A stretch of 64,000 bases of DNA from Candidatus Woesebacteria bacterium RBG_13_46_13 (GTDB taxonomy: Bacteria; Patescibacteriota; Microgenomatia; UBA8517), in assembly GCA_001791995.1 (NCBI GenBank), contig MGFR01000003.1, forward strand, positions 6,170-70,169. The letters are read 5' to 3'. Positions 39,937 through 48,433 of this stretch are shown piece after piece (position 1 is the first letter of the stretch; every line of letters begins with the position of its first letter). Position numbers and translations under genes: made by a program. The notes beneath the pieces were generated by a model. It was given only the letters and a program-made list of their open reading frames with translations, did no database searches and had not been told where the DNA came from.

Positions 39937-40278
39937 TCATTTTTTTACAACTTCGACTATCTTAGCGAAAGCCTTAGGGTCTGATATCGCGATATCCGAA
40001 AGAATTTTTCTATCAAGGCTGATATTGGCTTTTTTGGCCAGAAGAATGAACTTCGAATAGCTCAAGCCCTTTTCCCTTAATGCCGCATTCAGACGGGTTA
40101 TCCAGAGAGCCCTTAAGTCTCTTTTTTTGAGTCTTCGGCCTTCATAGGCATACTGTCCCGCATGCAAGAGTGCTTCTTTGGCTACCTGAATTCTTTTTCT
40201 CCTCGCTTGCCCGAAGCCTTTGGCACGTTTCAAAAACTTCCTGTGTTTTCTCGAAGCGGTTGATTTTACTCTGGCCAT
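39937..40278 (-). CDS. rplT: 50S ribosomal protein L20
   Basis: MARVKSTASRKHRKFLKRAKGF...YAYEGRRLKKRDLRALWITRLNAA matches bL20. Confidence 0.9.
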   Translation of the reverse strand: MARVKSTASRKHRKFLKRAKGFGQARRKRIQVAKEALLHAGQYAYEGRRLKKRDLRALWITRLNAALREKGLSYSKFILLAKKANISLDRKILSDIAISDPKAFAKIVEVVKK

Positions 40279-40279
40279 A

Positions 40280-40486
40280 TTATTTTTTTAGGGATTTACC
40301 CAAAGCCTTTCTAAGTTTCTTGGCATAAAAGCCTTTGATGGTTTTCATCTTTTTCAGTCCGGAAAGTCTTTTTTGCGACTTTCTGCCTTTCAAATGCCGC
40401 ATTCCGGCCTGTCTTCTTAAGACCTTGCCGGTTTTGGTGATACGGAATCTTCTGATGACCGATTTTCTAGTTTTCTGTTTTGGCAT
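40280..40486 (-). CDS. rpmI: 50S ribosomal protein L35
   Basis: MPKQKTRKSVIRRFRITKTGKVLRRQAGMRHL matches bL35. 68 aa. Confidence 0.85.
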   Translation of the reverse strand: MPKQKTRKSVIRRFRITKTGKVLRRQAGMRHLKGRKSQKRLSGLKKMKTIKGFYAKKLRKALGKSLKK

Positions 40487-41027
40487 CTAATTCTTCTTTC
40501 TTGGCAATTTTTTTGGCGGTCGGCGAGATAACCATAATCAAGTGCTTTCCCAAAAACTTGGGTTCCATGTCGATGGAAATCGCATCTCCCAACTCTTGGA
40601 CGATTCTTTTCAAGAGGGCAAAACCGAAGGGCTTACTGCCCATCTGTCTGCCTTTAAAAACTACAACCAGTCTGACCTTATTGCGTTCGGATAAAAATTC
40701 CTTAACCCTCGAGAGCCTGAAAGCGTAATCGTTTTCCGCGATAAAGGGAGAGAATCTGACTTCCTTGATGTCTCCGCCTTTGGTCTTGGTTCTGCTTCTT
40801 AGTTTTTTCTCTTCCTGGTATCTGAATTTTCCGAACTCAACAATCTTGGCAACCGGTGGGAGCGCTTTCGGCGCAATCTCAACCAGGGTCAGTCCGGCCT
40901 TTTTGGCCTTTTCGATTGCCTCGGCAGTTTTGATAATACCCAGCTGTTTGCCGTCCGAGCCGATTAGTCTTACTTCCGGGACGCGGATTGCTTCGTTTAC
41001 TCGCCAGAAAAGTGTGCTGTTTTTCAA
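40467..41027 (-). CDS. infC: translation initiation factor IF-3
   Basis: INEAIRVPEVRLIGSDGKQLGII...AGLTLVEIAP matches IF-3. Starts on TTG, which fits the unusual-start autoregulation known for infC. Overlaps rpmI by 20 nt. Confidence 0.85.
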   Translation of the reverse strand: MKNSTLFWRVNEAIRVPEVRLIGSDGKQLGIIKTAEAIEKAKKAGLTLVEIAPKALPPVAKIVEFGKFRYQEEKKLRSRTKTKGGDIKEVRFSPFIAENDYAFRLSRVKEFLSERNKVRLVVVFKGRQMGSKPFGFALLKRIVQELGDAISIDMEPKFLGKHLIMVISPTAKKIAKKEELDAKTEN

Positions 41028-41077
41028 CTTACGGTCTAAATTCTACTAAATGTTAGCCTCGCAAGCAAGAAGAGCTT

Positions 41078-42829
41078 CTAGGAGATTATTTTTTTGGCGA
41101 TCTCCTCCTTAATATCTGCCATAAATTTAGGAAGCCCTACCGCCCCGGAGGTCTTTCCCAGCCTGTTTCTGACCGAAACCAAAGATGCTTCTTCTTCCTT
41201 GGGACCCAGGATTAACATATATGGTACCTTGGCAAGCTGCGCATCCCTGATCTTGGCCGCAAGCGTTTCATTGCGGCTATCCACTTCCGTGCGGATACCG
41301 GCCTCCTTAAGTTTAAGGTAGACGGAGTTAGCGTATTTAAGAGCCTTTTCCGTAATGGGCAAGACTTTAACCTGGACCGGGGAAAGCCACAAGGGAAAAC
41401 TGCCGTGATATTTCTCGATCAAAAAAGCAATCGTTCTTTCCAGACAGCCGATTGATGCCCGATGGATAACCACGATTTCTTTCTCCTTGCCGTCCTTGTC
41501 GATATATTTCAGATCGAAACGCTTGGGCATGACAAAGTCGTACTGCACGGTAAAGGCGGTTTCTTCCTTGCCCGAAAGTTTTCTGACCTGGACATCGATT
41601 TTGGGACCGTAAAAGGCCGCCTCTCCTGCGGCTTCATAGAAGGGCACGTCCTGGGCCTTGAGCACTTTTCTTAAGATTCCTTCCGCCTTATCCCAGGCTT
41701 TATCGTCCTTGTAATATTTCTTGGCATCGCCTCTATCCCCCAAAGACAATCGGTAGCGATAGTCCTCGCCTTTTTTAAGTCCCATCACCGAATTGGCGTA
41801 ACTTATCAAATCCAAAACTCCTTCTATCTCGCCTTCGGCGGCCTCCGGTGCAGTAAAGATATGGGCATCGGCCAAGTTAAACATCCGGATTCGGATAAGC
41901 CCGGTCAGCTCCCCGCTCTTTTCGTAACGGTATTGGGGAGCGATCTCGGCAATTCTGATGGGTAGCTCCCGGTAGCTGTGGACTTCGGAGCTATAAAGCA
42001 TGAAATGGTGGGGACACGTCATGGGCCGAAGAATGAGTTCCTCGTCGTCAACCTTCATGACCGGATACATAGTGTCCTTGTAATAGGGATAGTGACCCGA
42101 TTTTTTATAAAGGTCGGTTTTGGCCAAAGGCGGAGTGTAAACGTGCTGGTAACCTCTTTTTATTTCCTCATCAACGATAAATCTTTCCAGCTCCCGCCTG
42201 ATGGTTGAACCCTTGGCGGTTAACAGCGGAAGTCCTTTGCCGACCAAATCCGAGAAGACAAAAAGCCCCAGATCTTTACCTATTTTGCGGTGGTCGTTTT
42301 CCGAAGCTTCTTCGATGGAATCAAGATATTTGTCCAGTTCTGCTTTTGATGTAAAAGCCGTTCCGTAAATCCTGGTCAGCATTTTGTTTTTTTCGCTGCC
42401 CCGCCAGTAAGCACCGGCCAGAGAAAGCAGTTTGAAGTATTTTATTTCGGAAGCTTTGGTTACATGACCACCCCTGCACAAATCCACAAAGGCCCCGGAC
42501 TTATAAAGAGTGATTCCTTCACCTGATTTTTCCAGTTCCTCAATCAGCTCTATCTTGTAGGAGTTTTCTTTGAATAATTTCTTGGCTTGAGTAGCCGTGA
42601 CCTCTTTTTTCGCGAATTTATCCCATCCCGGGAGAATTTGGGACATTGCCTCTTCGATTTTGCCGAGGTCTTTTTCGGATATTTTTACCTTACCCATATC
42701 GAAGTCGTAATAAAAACCGTTTTCGATAACGGGTCCTATTGTCGGCTTGGCATCGGGCCAGAGTTTAACCACGGCCGCTGCCAAAAGATGGGCCGTTGAA
42801 TGCCGCAGATTATCCAAAACGTTTTTCAT
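41078..42829 (-). CDS. thrS: threonine--tRNA ligase
   Basis: Class II core RPMTCPHHFMLY and RIRMFNLADAHIF, plus a C-terminal anticodon-binding domain. First gene of the thrS-infC-rpmI-rplT-pheST cluster. Confidence 0.85.
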   Translation of the reverse strand: MKNVLDNLRHSTAHLLAAAVVKLWPDAKPTIGPVIENGFYYDFDMGKVKISEKDLGKIEEAMSQILPGWDKFAKKEVTATQAKKLFKENSYKIELIEELEKSGEGITLYKSGAFVDLCRGGHVTKASEIKYFKLLSLAGAYWRGSEKNKMLTRIYGTAFTSKAELDKYLDSIEEASENDHRKIGKDLGLFVFSDLVGKGLPLLTAKGSTIRRELERFIVDEEIKRGYQHVYTPPLAKTDLYKKSGHYPYYKDTMYPVMKVDDEELILRPMTCPHHFMLYSSEVHSYRELPIRIAEIAPQYRYEKSGELTGLIRIRMFNLADAHIFTAPEAAEGEIEGVLDLISYANSVMGLKKGEDYRYRLSLGDRGDAKKYYKDDKAWDKAEGILRKVLKAQDVPFYEAAGEAAFYGPKIDVQVRKLSGKEETAFTVQYDFVMPKRFDLKYIDKDGKEKEIVVIHRASIGCLERTIAFLIEKYHGSFPLWLSPVQVKVLPITEKALKYANSVYLKLKEAGIRTEVDSRNETLAAKIRDAQLAKVPYMLILGPKEEEASLVSVRNRLGKTSGAVGLPKFMADIKEEIAKKIIS

Positions 42830-42897
42830 CAGTTCAATTGTATCCTATTTACAGGCACATTCAAATCAATTATATAAGGAGAAAGGCAAGTACGACC

Positions 42898-44394
42898 TTG
42901 AGAAAAATAATTCTGGGAATAGTTGTTTTCGTAACCGGTGCAAGCGTGATGGTCACGGAGATCGTGGCTTCCAGAATTCTAGCTCCTTATATCGGCACTT
43001 CAATAATCGTCTGGACGAGCTTAATCGGGGTAATTCTCGGGGGTCTGGCATTGGGATACTATTGGGGAGGAAGGCTTGCGGATAAGGCGGGAAGCTATTT
43101 TCTTTTAAGAAACATTCTCTTTCTGGCCTCGGTTTATATTTTCGGCGTCAGCCAGGCAAGCGGATATCTTTTAACCCGGCTGATAGAGGCCAATGCGGAT
43201 ATCAGAATCTCCTCTCTGGTTTCATCACTGACTCTATTTCTGCCCCCAACAATTTTGCTGGGGATGGTTATACCCTTTGCGGTGGCCCTCTCGCTGAAAG
43301 AAGTAAATAAAGCCGGCAGGGTTGCGGGAGGGCTTTATGCCCTCTCTACGCTTGGGAGTATTTTGGGAACTTTCTGGTGCGGCTTTTTCCTTTTGGCAGA
43401 TATCGGCAGTATAAAGATATTGGTTCTTATCTCGCTTCTTCTTATTTTAATTGCGATTTTGCTCAATTTTGCAGCAGAGAAGGCAAAAACCCTTTGGTTT
43501 CTGATATTGCTCTCCGCAGCTTTGCTTTTTGTCTTTATTGCGGCAGGAGCCAAGGTTAAGGAAGAGGGATTGCTTTTGGATACGGACACTTTATATTCCC
43601 GGGTGATAATTAAAGCCGGGAGAGAGCCAGAAACAGGTAGAGAAACCATCGAACTGACTAAAGGCAGATTTATCGAAAGCTATGCTTACACTCAGGGGGA
43701 CGATTTATTCGGATATTACAACTATTATGATCTGGCCTCTATTTTTAATCCCGAGCTGTCGAGGGTTTTGATGATCGGCGGAGCGGGGTTTGTCTACCCA
43801 AAGCATTTTTTGAAAACCCTTCCCAAGACGTTGCTGGACGTGGTTGAATTAGACCCTGCGATGTTGGAGCTTGCAGAAGAATACTTCGGATTTACCCCCA
43901 ACCCCACGCTTCAGGTGTATCACGAAGATGCCAGAACCTATCTCAACTCCACGCAGAAAAAATATGACGCTTTATTGATTGACGTTTTCGATAGCGACAT
44001 TACACTTCCCTTCCAACTGACAACCGTGGAGGTAATCAAAAAATACTATGAGGCGTTAACCCCAAAAGGAGTGTTAATTGTTAACATTATCGGTCAGATA
44101 GAGGGCGAGGAAGGAGAGTTCTTGCGTTCGGAGTATCTAACCTACTTACAAATGTTCCCTTTTGTAGAGCTCTACCCGATAAGCGATGCCAAAGACGGAA
44201 GTCGAATTCAAAATATTATGCTGGTGGCTACCAAAAACAAACAAGAAGAAATATCGAAAGATGCCAGGATAGCCGCAATGCTCGGGCACCGATGGGAGAA
44301 AACAATTGAAGGAAAGGCAATAATCTTGACAGACGATTTTGCACCTGTGGAACAGATGATGGCCAAACGGACCAGGTGGGATTATCTGTATTAA
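42898..44394 (+). CDS. polyamine aminopropyltransferase (spermidine-synthase-like) fused to an N-terminal polytopic membrane domain
   Basis: C-terminal VLMIGGAGFV...VVELDPAMLELAEEYF...DALLIDVFDSD motifs. About 7 predicted TM helices N-terminally. Start ambiguous: TTG 42898 or ATG 42949. The ORF-track start at 42796 would overlap thrS. Confidence 0.65.
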   Translation: MRKIILGIVVFVTGASVMVTEIVASRILAPYIGTSIIVWTSLIGVILGGLALGYYWGGRLADKAGSYFLLRNILFLASVYIFGVSQASGYLLTRLIEANADIRISSLVSSLTLFLPPTILLGMVIPFAVALSLKEVNKAGRVAGGLYALSTLGSILGTFWCGFFLLADIGSIKILVLISLLLILIAILLNFAAEKAKTLWFLILLSAALLFVFIAAGAKVKEEGLLLDTDTLYSRVIIKAGREPETGRETIELTKGRFIESYAYTQGDDLFGYYNYYDLASIFNPELSRVLMIGGAGFVYPKHFLKTLPKTLLDVVELDPAMLELAEEYFGFTPNPTLQVYHEDARTYLNSTQKKYDALLIDVFDSDITLPFQLTTVEVIKKYYEALTPKGVLIVNIIGQIEGEEGEFLRSEYLTYLQMFPFVELYPISDAKDGSRIQNIMLVATKNKQEEISKDARIAAMLGHRWEKTIEGKAIILTDDFAPVEQMMAKRTRWDYLY

Positions 44395-44397
44395 GAG

Positions 44398-44471
44398 TGG
44401 ACCCGGGGGGATTCGAACCCCCAACCCCCTGACTGCCAGCCAGGTGCGCTAACCAATTGTGCCACGGGCCC
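44398..44471 (-). tRNA. tRNA-Ala (anticodon GGC), CCA encoded
   Basis: Hand-folded cloverleaf. G3:U70 alanine identity pair, anticodon loop CUGGCAG, T-loop GGTTCGAATCC. Confidence 0.8.
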
Positions 44472-44475
44472 GCGG

Positions 44476-44549
44476 TGGACGGTAAGGGACTCGAACCCCT
44501 GACCTTTCGCACGTCAAGCGAACGCTCTAGCCAACTGAGCTAACCGTCC
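44476..44549 (-). tRNA. tRNA-Val (anticodon GAC), CCA encoded
   Basis: Cloverleaf with acceptor GGACGGU/ACCGUCC and anticodon loop UUGACGU. 4 nt from tRNA-Ala. Confidence 0.8.
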
Positions 44550-44592
44550 TTCAAGTTAAATATTATACCTTCTGGGGAAACCTTAGACAAAT

Positions 44593-44898
44593 TCAGGCCG
44601 AATTGGCACTGTCCAAATAGAAGCCAAAAGCAGGAATAGAATGCTCTTCGCAGGTAGCATAAAGTGTGTGTATACCTTGATCGCCCTTATGGTCCGTCAG
44701 GAATCTGGCTTTCTTTTCGCAGTGCGCACAAGTAAAAAGAGGAGTTTGTTCGGTGGCGGGTTTGATTTCGTAAAGTCTTGAGACGTGGTTTGTTTCGTCC
44801 GAAGGAAATTCACTTAAAAGTCTGACGGCGTCAATGCGCAGCGCAATCAAAGCTTCGGCTGCGGTCATGACAAACAGGTGGGAATTTTCCGGAGTCAC
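44593..44898 (-). CDS. hypothetical protein (101 aa) with CxxC ... C-x2-H motif
   Basis: ORF containing FTCAHCEKK and ATCEEH. No family recognised. Confidence 0.35.
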   Translation of the reverse strand: MTPENSHLFVMTAAEALIALRIDAVRLLSEFPSDETNHVSRLYEIKPATEQTPLFTCAHCEKKARFLTDHKGDQGIHTLYATCEEHSIPAFGFYLDSANSA

Positions 44899-44899
44899 G

Positions 44900-45529
44900 C
44901 TAGCCGGCCGAACGTTGTAGGTAATGGTCTGGAGACAGGAGAAACTTGCTGCCGTGTTTCTTATAAATACTCCAGAAATTCTTCTTTTCCGCCCGTCTGT
45001 TGGAGGCGTGCATCCAGATACCCGCGTTGTCTATCTTTTTCCTGAAAGACTTAACGAAATCCAAAAGTTTTTCGAAAAATACGATATGGTAGACCCCGGG
45101 GTTGACGGGTGCCTGCATAGAGGCTACTTCGATTTCTTCTCCCAAGCCTTGAGTACTTTGGGCCAGGGCGTAGACTTCCTGCATCAGAGCATGTAGTTGC
45201 AGTTTAAGCTGATTGCCTTTTTCCTCTATTCTGCGGTTTTCTTCCTGCAAGAGACTTCGCTCAAAAGCCATTTGGACTTTTTGTTTCTTTTTTTCTTCCC
45301 TGTCCCCCGTAAAAACATCGGTTAACTCTAAGGTTTCACCCGGAGTTATCTCTCCGGAGTATTTTTGTTTCTCGGCCCCGAAAAGCTGTTGCAAAAACTC
45401 CTCGGAAGAGGCCTTTAGAAGGTCGTTCTTGAGGCTACGTGAGGTGCCTCCTCCGATATCCTTGAGGCTCTCCAGAACATTGCTTCTGCGGATATTTTGC
45501 AGGTTTTTGGGCTTTTGGGATTTGTCCAT
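44900..45529 (-). CDS. hypothetical protein (209 aa), coiled-coil-rich
   Basis: ORF adjacent to the preceding one with a 1-nt gap. Charged coiled-coil middle region. Confidence 0.4.
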   Translation of the reverse strand: MDKSQKPKNLQNIRRSNVLESLKDIGGGTSRSLKNDLLKASSEEFLQQLFGAEKQKYSGEITPGETLELTDVFTGDREEKKKQKVQMAFERSLLQEENRRIEEKGNQLKLQLHALMQEVYALAQSTQGLGEEIEVASMQAPVNPGVYHIVFFEKLLDFVKSFRKKIDNAGIWMHASNRRAEKKNFWSIYKKHGSKFLLSPDHYLQRSAG

Positions 45530-45539
45530 ACTTGCGAGA

Positions 45540-46415
45540 TTACAATAAGGTCGTCAGCCAGTCAAGAGAGGCCCTGCGTCTTAAAATCGAAGCAATGAGC
45601 CGCCTTTGTTCGGGGGTATCCAGCCTTTGTTTGGTTTTTGCATCCGCCGTGCTGGCCGTGATGACCGCTTCGATTTCTTTTTCGTCAACCTTAAGATTTT
45701 GCTCGTCGGCGATTTTGTTGAGGATCAAATCCATGGTAATGGCTTCCTTGGCCTGCTTTTCGTAATCTTCCCTTAAAGTTTCGGGTGTTTTGCCGATTGA
45801 AGAAAGGTATCCTTCCAGGGTCAGGCCGAGTTTTTCGAGTCGGTCCAGAAGGTTAGAGAGTCTGGAGTTTGCCTCTTCTTCGATCAGCATTTTGGGGACA
45901 GTGACGTTAATCGTGGAAAGCAGAATTTTCAACACTTCCTGCTGTTTATCCTCCCTGGTCGGTTCCTTTGCCTCTTTCTTGGTATCCTTACCGGGAGTCC
46001 AGATCTTGCCCGAGGCCAAAGCGCCTTTGAGAGCTTTCTTGTAATTCCCCAAGACAATCTCGGGAAGTTCACAAGTTAGGGCCGTCACCTGCCAGTCCTT
46101 GTCTTCGTCCGCGCTTAGCACTTCGATTCTGGGATACGTGGCCGGCTTGAGCTTGTTGGCAACAATTGCGTCCCCTATCGCTTTGGGAATAATCCGGCCT
46201 ACGGTTTTTTCCACCAGCGTCATTCTGGAGACCCTTTCGGAGACTTTGGAGATAGGAGCGTTACCTTTTCTGAAACCGGGAACCTCGGTTTCTTTGGCCA
46301 ACTCGGCCAAGGCCTCGGCTTTGGCTTGCTTTACCGTTTCCCAAGGAAGGGTAAAGTTAAGCTGTACGCCACCGTCAGCTTCCTTGGCCAGTGTAGAGGA
46401 TATTTTAGTGCTCAT
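45540..46415 (-). CDS. tig: trigger factor (short form lacking PPIase domain)
   Basis: N-terminal ribosome-binding signature PGFRKGNAP (GFRxGxxP). 291 aa, where canonical Tig is about 430 aa. No FKBP-type region. Confidence 0.7.
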   Translation of the reverse strand: MSTKISSTLAKEADGGVQLNFTLPWETVKQAKAEALAELAKETEVPGFRKGNAPISKVSERVSRMTLVEKTVGRIIPKAIGDAIVANKLKPATYPRIEVLSADEDKDWQVTALTCELPEIVLGNYKKALKGALASGKIWTPGKDTKKEAKEPTREDKQQEVLKILLSTINVTVPKMLIEEEANSRLSNLLDRLEKLGLTLEGYLSSIGKTPETLREDYEKQAKEAITMDLILNKIADEQNLKVDEKEIEAVITASTADAKTKQRLDTPEQRRLIASILRRRASLDWLTTLL

Positions 46416-46474
46416 TTTAATTGGTTCTCAAAAAATCCACGTTCAGTCGAACGTGGTGGGCAATTATAACACAA

Positions 46475-46621
46475 CTAGCCGCCCTTGTGCTGGGTTCTAA
46501 ACTGGCTGGGGTTAAACTTGGCGGCCTTGAGATTGCCCTTACCCCCGAACCTGCTGGCTTTAAAAAACGAAGGGGTTCTGAAGCCCAAGGCCGGAGCCGC
46601 CTTCTTTTTGGTAAATGTCAT
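46475..46621 (-). CDS. hypothetical small basic protein (48 aa)
   Basis: Hand translation gives MTFTKKKAAPALGFRTPSFFKASRFGGKGNLKAAKFNPSQFRTQHKGG. AGAGGT SD about 9 nt upstream. Lies in the intergenic region upstream of tig. Confidence 0.2.
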   Translation of the reverse strand: MTFTKKKAAPALGFRTPSFFKASRFGGKGNLKAAKFNPSQFRTQHKGG

Positions 46622-46662
46622 AGGCTTATTTTACCTCTTAAAGGCTACTTCCTCAATATAAA

Positions 46663-46691
46663 TTGTCAATTGCGTGAAATTACTTTATACT
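46663..46691 (+). promoter_or_regulatory. sigma70-like promoter TTGTCA-17-TATACT upstream of second RRM gene
   Basis: -35 TTGTCA at 46663-46668, 17-nt spacer, -10 TATACT at 46686-46691. About 45-nt leader to GTG 46741. Confidence 0.35.
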
Positions 46692-46740
46692 TTGTAAAGT
46701 GCGAACAAGAGTGTTTGCATCTTAGAAAGGAGACAAGTTA

Positions 46741-46998
46741 GTGGCAACTAAGTTATTTGTCGGTAATCTTGAATACACTGTTACTGCCGATGATCTTCGA
46801 GAAGCTTTTTCTCAAGCCGGTACAGTGGCAGACGCCGTTGTAATTTCAGACAAAATGTCTGGTCGAAGCCGAGGATTCGGTTTCGTTGAAATGAGTTCGG
46901 ATGAGGAAGCGAAAGCTGCAATCGAAAAGATAAACGGTACAGAGATTAAAGGCAGAAAGATAAATGTGAACGAGGCTCGTCCTCAAGTAACTCGCTAA
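46741..46998 (+). CDS. RRM-type RNA-binding protein (85 aa)
   Basis: RNP2 LFVGNLEY and RNP1 RGFGFVEM motifs. GTG start with AAAGGAGA SD. Confidence 0.8.
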   Translation: MATKLFVGNLEYTVTADDLREAFSQAGTVADAVVISDKMSGRSRGFGFVEMSSDEEAKAAIEKINGTEIKGRKINVNEARPQVTR

Positions 46999-47062
46999 GT
47001 TATTCTTCTTAGCAACAAATTTAAGTCCTTTGGCTTTTAAGGGAGGAGTTTTTGTGGCCGAA

Positions 47063-47401
47063 TCAGTCCTGAGCCAGCCTGTGCAGAAACCAGGAGACCA
47101 AAGAAAGAACTATCGAAGCGGCAATTGCTGTCCAGAAGGTTGAGATTTCAAACCCCGGGACGATTTTGCTGGACAGATACAAAAGGCCAACGTTAATCAG
47201 AAAGGCAGCAATGCCAAAGGTGAATATTGATATCGGCAGGGCGATAAGCTGTAAAATAGGTTTGATAAAGGTATTGACCACCCCGATGACAACCGCCGCA
47301 ACAGTTGCCGTTGCCAGATCCTTAAGGATAAACCCCGGAACAAGATATTCAACAATCAGAAGAGCAAAGATATTGATGGCCAACCTCATTAAAAGTCTCA
47401 T
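47063..47401 (-). CDS. phage-holin-4 / DUF360 (YvlD-like) family small membrane protein
   Basis: 112 aa with four TM segments. NTFIKPILQLIALPISIFTFGIAAFLINV is a characteristic stretch of that family. Confidence 0.6.
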   Translation of the reverse strand: MRLLMRLAINIFALLIVEYLVPGFILKDLATATVAAVVIGVVNTFIKPILQLIALPISIFTFGIAAFLINVGLLYLSSKIVPGFEISTFWTAIAASIVLSLVSWFLHRLAQD

Positions 47402-47419
47402 TATTTAATAATCCCCTAT

Positions 47420-48433
47420 TTAATCCGCCTTTGTCAAATCCTGATTGAAGAACAGGAGGTTTCTGGCTACAACCGTGTTCCACGCAGGGTTTAGGTTATG
47501 GTCGGCCCCCGGGTATTTGAAGTAGGCTATATCTTTTTCTAGGTCTTTAAGGCTTTTGGAGAGAGAATCGCTCCATTCAACAGGCACGGCATCATCTACC
47601 GTACCCTGATGTAACTCTAGGGGGGCATTTATTCTGTCGTAGTAGCGGTCGATGGCATATAAGTCTGGGTCATAAAGTCTTTCAAAATCCGCCAGCTCGT
47701 GCCTGATCAGCTTGCCCCTGTCTTCGGATTCATCCGTGTAGTAAAGGATTGAGTAAGGGAAGGGCTTTGATACCGGAGCCCAGAGGACGGTTGGAATTTG
47801 TCTTTGCGTAATCTCCAAAAGAGTTAAGGCAATCTGGCCGCCGTTGGAGTGAGCCCAAATAAAGACGTTTTGGCTGTCCCAATCTTTAATCGAGGGAAGC
47901 GAAGCCAGAAGGACCAGGGCGGTGGTATAGGTTTGGAAGCGCGATTCGAAAATGTTGCCCGCCTCGGGGTCGGACTCTGCATATCCCAAAAAGTCCGGAG
48001 CCAGGGTGATATAACCGTTTGAGGCAAAATATTCTGCGGCCCGCTGGGTTCCCGTACCCGTTTTGTATATTTTCTGGTCGACATAACCCCGAAACATGAT
48101 AACCAGAGGGAAAGGACCCTGGCCTTTGGGGATATTTATTTGACCGCTGACCTTTTTGGCAGCTTTATTGGAGAGAGTCGGATCAAACGAAAAATAAAAC
48201 AAGAATGAGGTGTAATCAGGAGTTTCCTTAATAGTTTCCCCCTTTTCGATAGCAACCGGCTTGATAGATAATTCCGATAGGTTTTCTATAGAATATTTAT
48301 CCAAAGGTCGGGGGATTATTTTTTCAGCCGCCTTTTCCAAGCCTGTATCTCGTATTTCAAAAAACGAGTGAATGTACCACCCCAAAACCAGAGATAATAA
48401 GATTACGATCGGAAGATATAAATAGTTTTTCAT
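47420..48433 (-). CDS. alpha/beta-hydrolase fold protein (S9 peptidase / dienelactone-hydrolase-like), membrane-anchored
   Basis: Nucleophile elbow G-H-S-N-G-G (IWAHSNGGQIA), downstream Asp and His. N-terminal TM helix. Confidence 0.6.
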   Translation of the reverse strand: MKNYLYLPIVILLSLVLGWYIHSFFEIRDTGLEKAAEKIIPRPLDKYSIENLSELSIKPVAIEKGETIKETPDYTSFLFYFSFDPTLSNKAAKKVSGQINIPKGQGPFPLVIMFRGYVDQKIYKTGTGTQRAAEYFASNGYITLAPDFLGYAESDPEAGNIFESRFQTYTTALVLLASLPSIKDWDSQNVFIWAHSNGGQIALTLLEITQRQIPTVLWAPVSKPFPYSILYYTDESEDRGKLIRHELADFERLYDPDLYAIDRYYDRINAPLELHQGTVDDAVPVEWSDSLSKSLKDLEKDIAYFKYPGADHNLNPAWNTVVARNLLFFNQDLTKAD

